NCBI RefSeq assembly: GCF_006345805.1
Contig: NC_043005.1
Location: 21,576,001 to 21,640,000 of the forward strand
Length of the DNA stretch: 64,000 bases
Source: Octopus sinensis
Lineage: Eukaryota
Reading direction: 5' to 3'
This document shows positions 61,870-64,000 of the stretch, piece by piece. Each line of letters begins with the position of its first letter. Within the stretch, counting starts at the first letter, position 1. The notes beneath the pieces were generated by a model. It was not told where the DNA came from and made no database searches. It saw only the letters and a program-made list of their open reading frames with translations. The translations under genes and the position numbers were made by a program.

Positions 61870-62106
61870 TCGATAAAGGGCCTATTATGCTGAAGAAGGT
61901 TGGGATACCAAGCAAAGCTACCTTAGGACAGCTTAAGGATAAAACCTTAAAGGAGTGTGATAAGGCTTGTCAACAATATGAAGGATGTAACTCTTATCAG
62001 TACAATGATGAATTTAAGTTGTGTGATCTGAGTAATGCGACTCAGTTGAGTGATGATGTACTTAAACCCAGCGATGGAAAATGGGATATATACTTAACTA
62101 ACCCAG
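61870..62106 (+). CDS. Exon A3: PAN/Apple domain, subtype A, close paralog of A1 (237 nt, phase 1-1)
   Basis: tttcag|TC GAT AAA...AAC CCA G|gtcagt; DKGPIMLKKVGIPSKATLGQLKDKTLKECDKACQQYEGCNSYQYNDEFKLCDLSNATQLSDDVLKPSDGKWDIYLTNP; one-codon insertion relative to A1. Confidence 0.9.
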
Positions 62107-62292
62107 GTCAGTAAAGTGTTTCTATTTCATTTGTTGTGTGCATGCCTGGTGTATTTACATAAATGTGTGTGTGTGTGTACATATTTATCTATTTATGTGT
62201 CTATATATTTATATACATAATCATATATATATACAGGTATGTTGGTCCATGCAGGAAAAAGAGAACTCAGACTATGAGTACATGTATATTTT

Positions 62293-62430
62293 TATTACTA
62301 TTTAGCAGAAGTAACAGAGTGACTCAAGGTTTGGGATTTTGTGCATTGGCACTTATCAAAGTTTGATAAGTGCCAGCACATGCAACTCTCAGACCTTGAG
62401 TCACTCTGTTACTTGTGCTAAATAGTAATA
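62293..62430. repeat. 138 bp near-perfect hairpin (1 nt loop)
   Basis: tattactatttagca.aagtaacagagtgactcaagg...tggcacttatcaaa-g-tttgataagtgcca...ccttgagtcactctgttactt.tgctaaatagtaata. Confidence 0.9.
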
Positions 62431-62432
62431 AG

Positions 62433-62469
<37 letters not shown>

Positions 62470-62714
62470 ATATATATATATATGTGTGTGTGTATATATA
62501 TATATATGTGTGTGTGTGTATATATATATGTGTGTGTGTGTATGTGTCTCTCTCTCTCTTGTTTCTCTCCTTGTGTTTTTCTGTGTCTCTTTCTGTAGAA
62601 GAGCTTAGGCTCGAAATGTAAAAGACTTTTTCAATTCCTGAGCGTTATACTAATACATCTGTTTGTTTTCTACACCACCTGTCTTCATCTTTTGTTTTTT
62701 TGTAAGCTCTCCCT

Positions 62715-62740
<26 letters not shown>

Positions 62741-62746
<6 letters not shown>

Positions 62747-62932
62747 TAAAGCAGCAGAAAATTCAACAAAACCTGTTACTCTGAGTTTCCTGTTGCCGTT
62801 CATTGGACAGTTTTTGCTAGAATGGAACCGATATGTCCATATCGGTTCCATTCTAGCAAAAACTGTCCGATGAACGGCAACGGGAAACTCAGAGTAACAG
62901 GTTTTGTTGAATTTTCTGCTGCTTTAAATAAA
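62741..62932. repeat. 192 bp near-perfect palindrome (95 bp arms, 2 mismatches)
   Basis: tttatttaaagcagcag...ggaaccgatatg-tc-catatcggttcc...ctgctgctttaaataaa. Confidence 0.92.
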
Positions 62933-63315
62933 GCATATTACTCTACCACTGGTATTTGAGTACTCTTTTTTCCACCTTGTTTCACATTTATGTGTTTACT
63001 CCGGTATATATATATATATATAGCCTCAGTATATTCCATTACAATTTGCCTTTCTTCAGTGTTAGAGTTACAGCTAGCCTGCCTTTAATTTAATTTATTG
63101 TTTTTATTCTAATATTCCTCTTCGTTGTTATGAGCCTGCATCAGTATTGTCTCTATCCTGAGCTTGTTTCATTTTCAGTCTGTTGAAAATTTATATATCA
63201 TGTTCTTAGTATATTTCCCCCCTCGTTCCAGTCATGCAACTTCTTTGTTCACAGTACACCCACCCATTTCTGCCACTTCATCTATACTACAAGTCTTCCT
63301 TCTATACCAGATACT

Positions 63316-63462
63316 CTTCTTCTTCTTCTTCTCCTTCTTCTTCTTCTTCTTCTTCTTCTTCTTCTTCTTCTTCTTCTTCTTCTTCTTCTTCTTCGTCTTC
63401 GTCTTCGTCTTCTTCTTCTTTTTCTTCTTCTCCTGCTGCTGCTCCTCCTTCTTCTCCTCTTC
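63316..63462. repeat. (TTC)n microsatellite
   Basis: Directly visible; source of the poly-S, poly-F and poly-R ORFs. Confidence 0.97.
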
Positions 63463-64000
63463 TTGAAACTTATCTCGTGTATCAGAAACACTTTTACTTT
63501 CCTCACCAAATTTCTACTCCCATCAGCACTTTATCAACCACACTATTGCAATACCAAAGGCATAGCTAGCATCCTCACCTTGCTAATGTAACTCAAGCAT
63601 ACTTACCAGTTCACTAATTAATCTGTATTATTTATATTTCATAAACAATGGTCGTCTGCTACACACTCTTCTAGTAGATGCAATGGGGATAGGCTGATAT
63701 AGTTTTTACTTGTTGGTGACATTCATGCAAATATATTCAGATGCTGAATACTATTCACCATCACCTATTCCTTCTTATTATCAATTACACATCCTTGGAG
63801 TGAACATAATCAATGTAAGCACATTGAAAGTTAGGTCTGGTAGTAAGATTGTCTAAATGCAAGAAAAGAAGCATGAAGATGTGTGATGCATTCAAGAAGT
63901 AAGGTGGAGGGGTGCTTCAGCCAGGTTCATCACAGGCAAAGAACATAAATATAAAATATTCTGAGTAGATAGTGGTGATCGGCTAGATTATATAGGCATA

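Larger units (their letters stand above)
2466..62106 (+). other. Internal part of a large multi-exon gene encoding a PAN/Apple + Sushi/CCP repeat extracellular protein (14 exons in window)
   Basis: 14 homologous stop-free exons, all + strand, all AG...GT, all phase 1-1; spliced they give 995 uninterrupted codons. No start or terminal exon found in window. Confidence 0.9.

Noticed and set aside
2466-62106. Model of separate tandem genes, one per PAN-Sushi-PAN triplet
   Set aside because: No start, signal-peptide or stop exon was found between units; all exons are internal phase 1-1; the B1-C1 gap is only 1.7 kb and partly filled by a Penelope fossil.

Overview
Eukaryotic, AT-rich DNA dense in microsatellites and transposons. 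The repeat landscape looks like octopus/cephalopod DNA (inference, no database search). There are no prokaryotic features, RNA genes or CRISPR arrays. The whole window lies inside one + strand gene whose start and stop are outside it. I read 14 exons, each with AG/GT splice sites and each symmetric phase 1-1 (168-240 nt; 2985 nt, 995 codons in total). They encode 9 four-cysteine PAN/Apple-type domains and 5 short Sushi/CCP domains in the order A1-S1-B1-C1-S2-B2-A2-S3-B3-C2-S4-S5-B4-A3 (A, B, C = PAN subtypes; S = Sushi). The array is hierarchical: a PAN-Sushi-PAN triplet, a six-exon unit, and a ~59.4 kb super-period (A1 recurs as A3 with its flanking introns). Every exon can be skipped in frame without creating a stop. 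The introns hold mariners, RTE, R4/Dong-like and Tx1 LINEs, Penelope, Gypsy, hAT, two Helitrons, SINEs, several long hairpins, an orphan exon remnant and an unidentified antisense coding-like fossil repeated after every Sushi exon. Most ORF-track entries are microsatellite or antisense artefacts. Exon coordinates were read to the base; many repeat boundaries are approximate.
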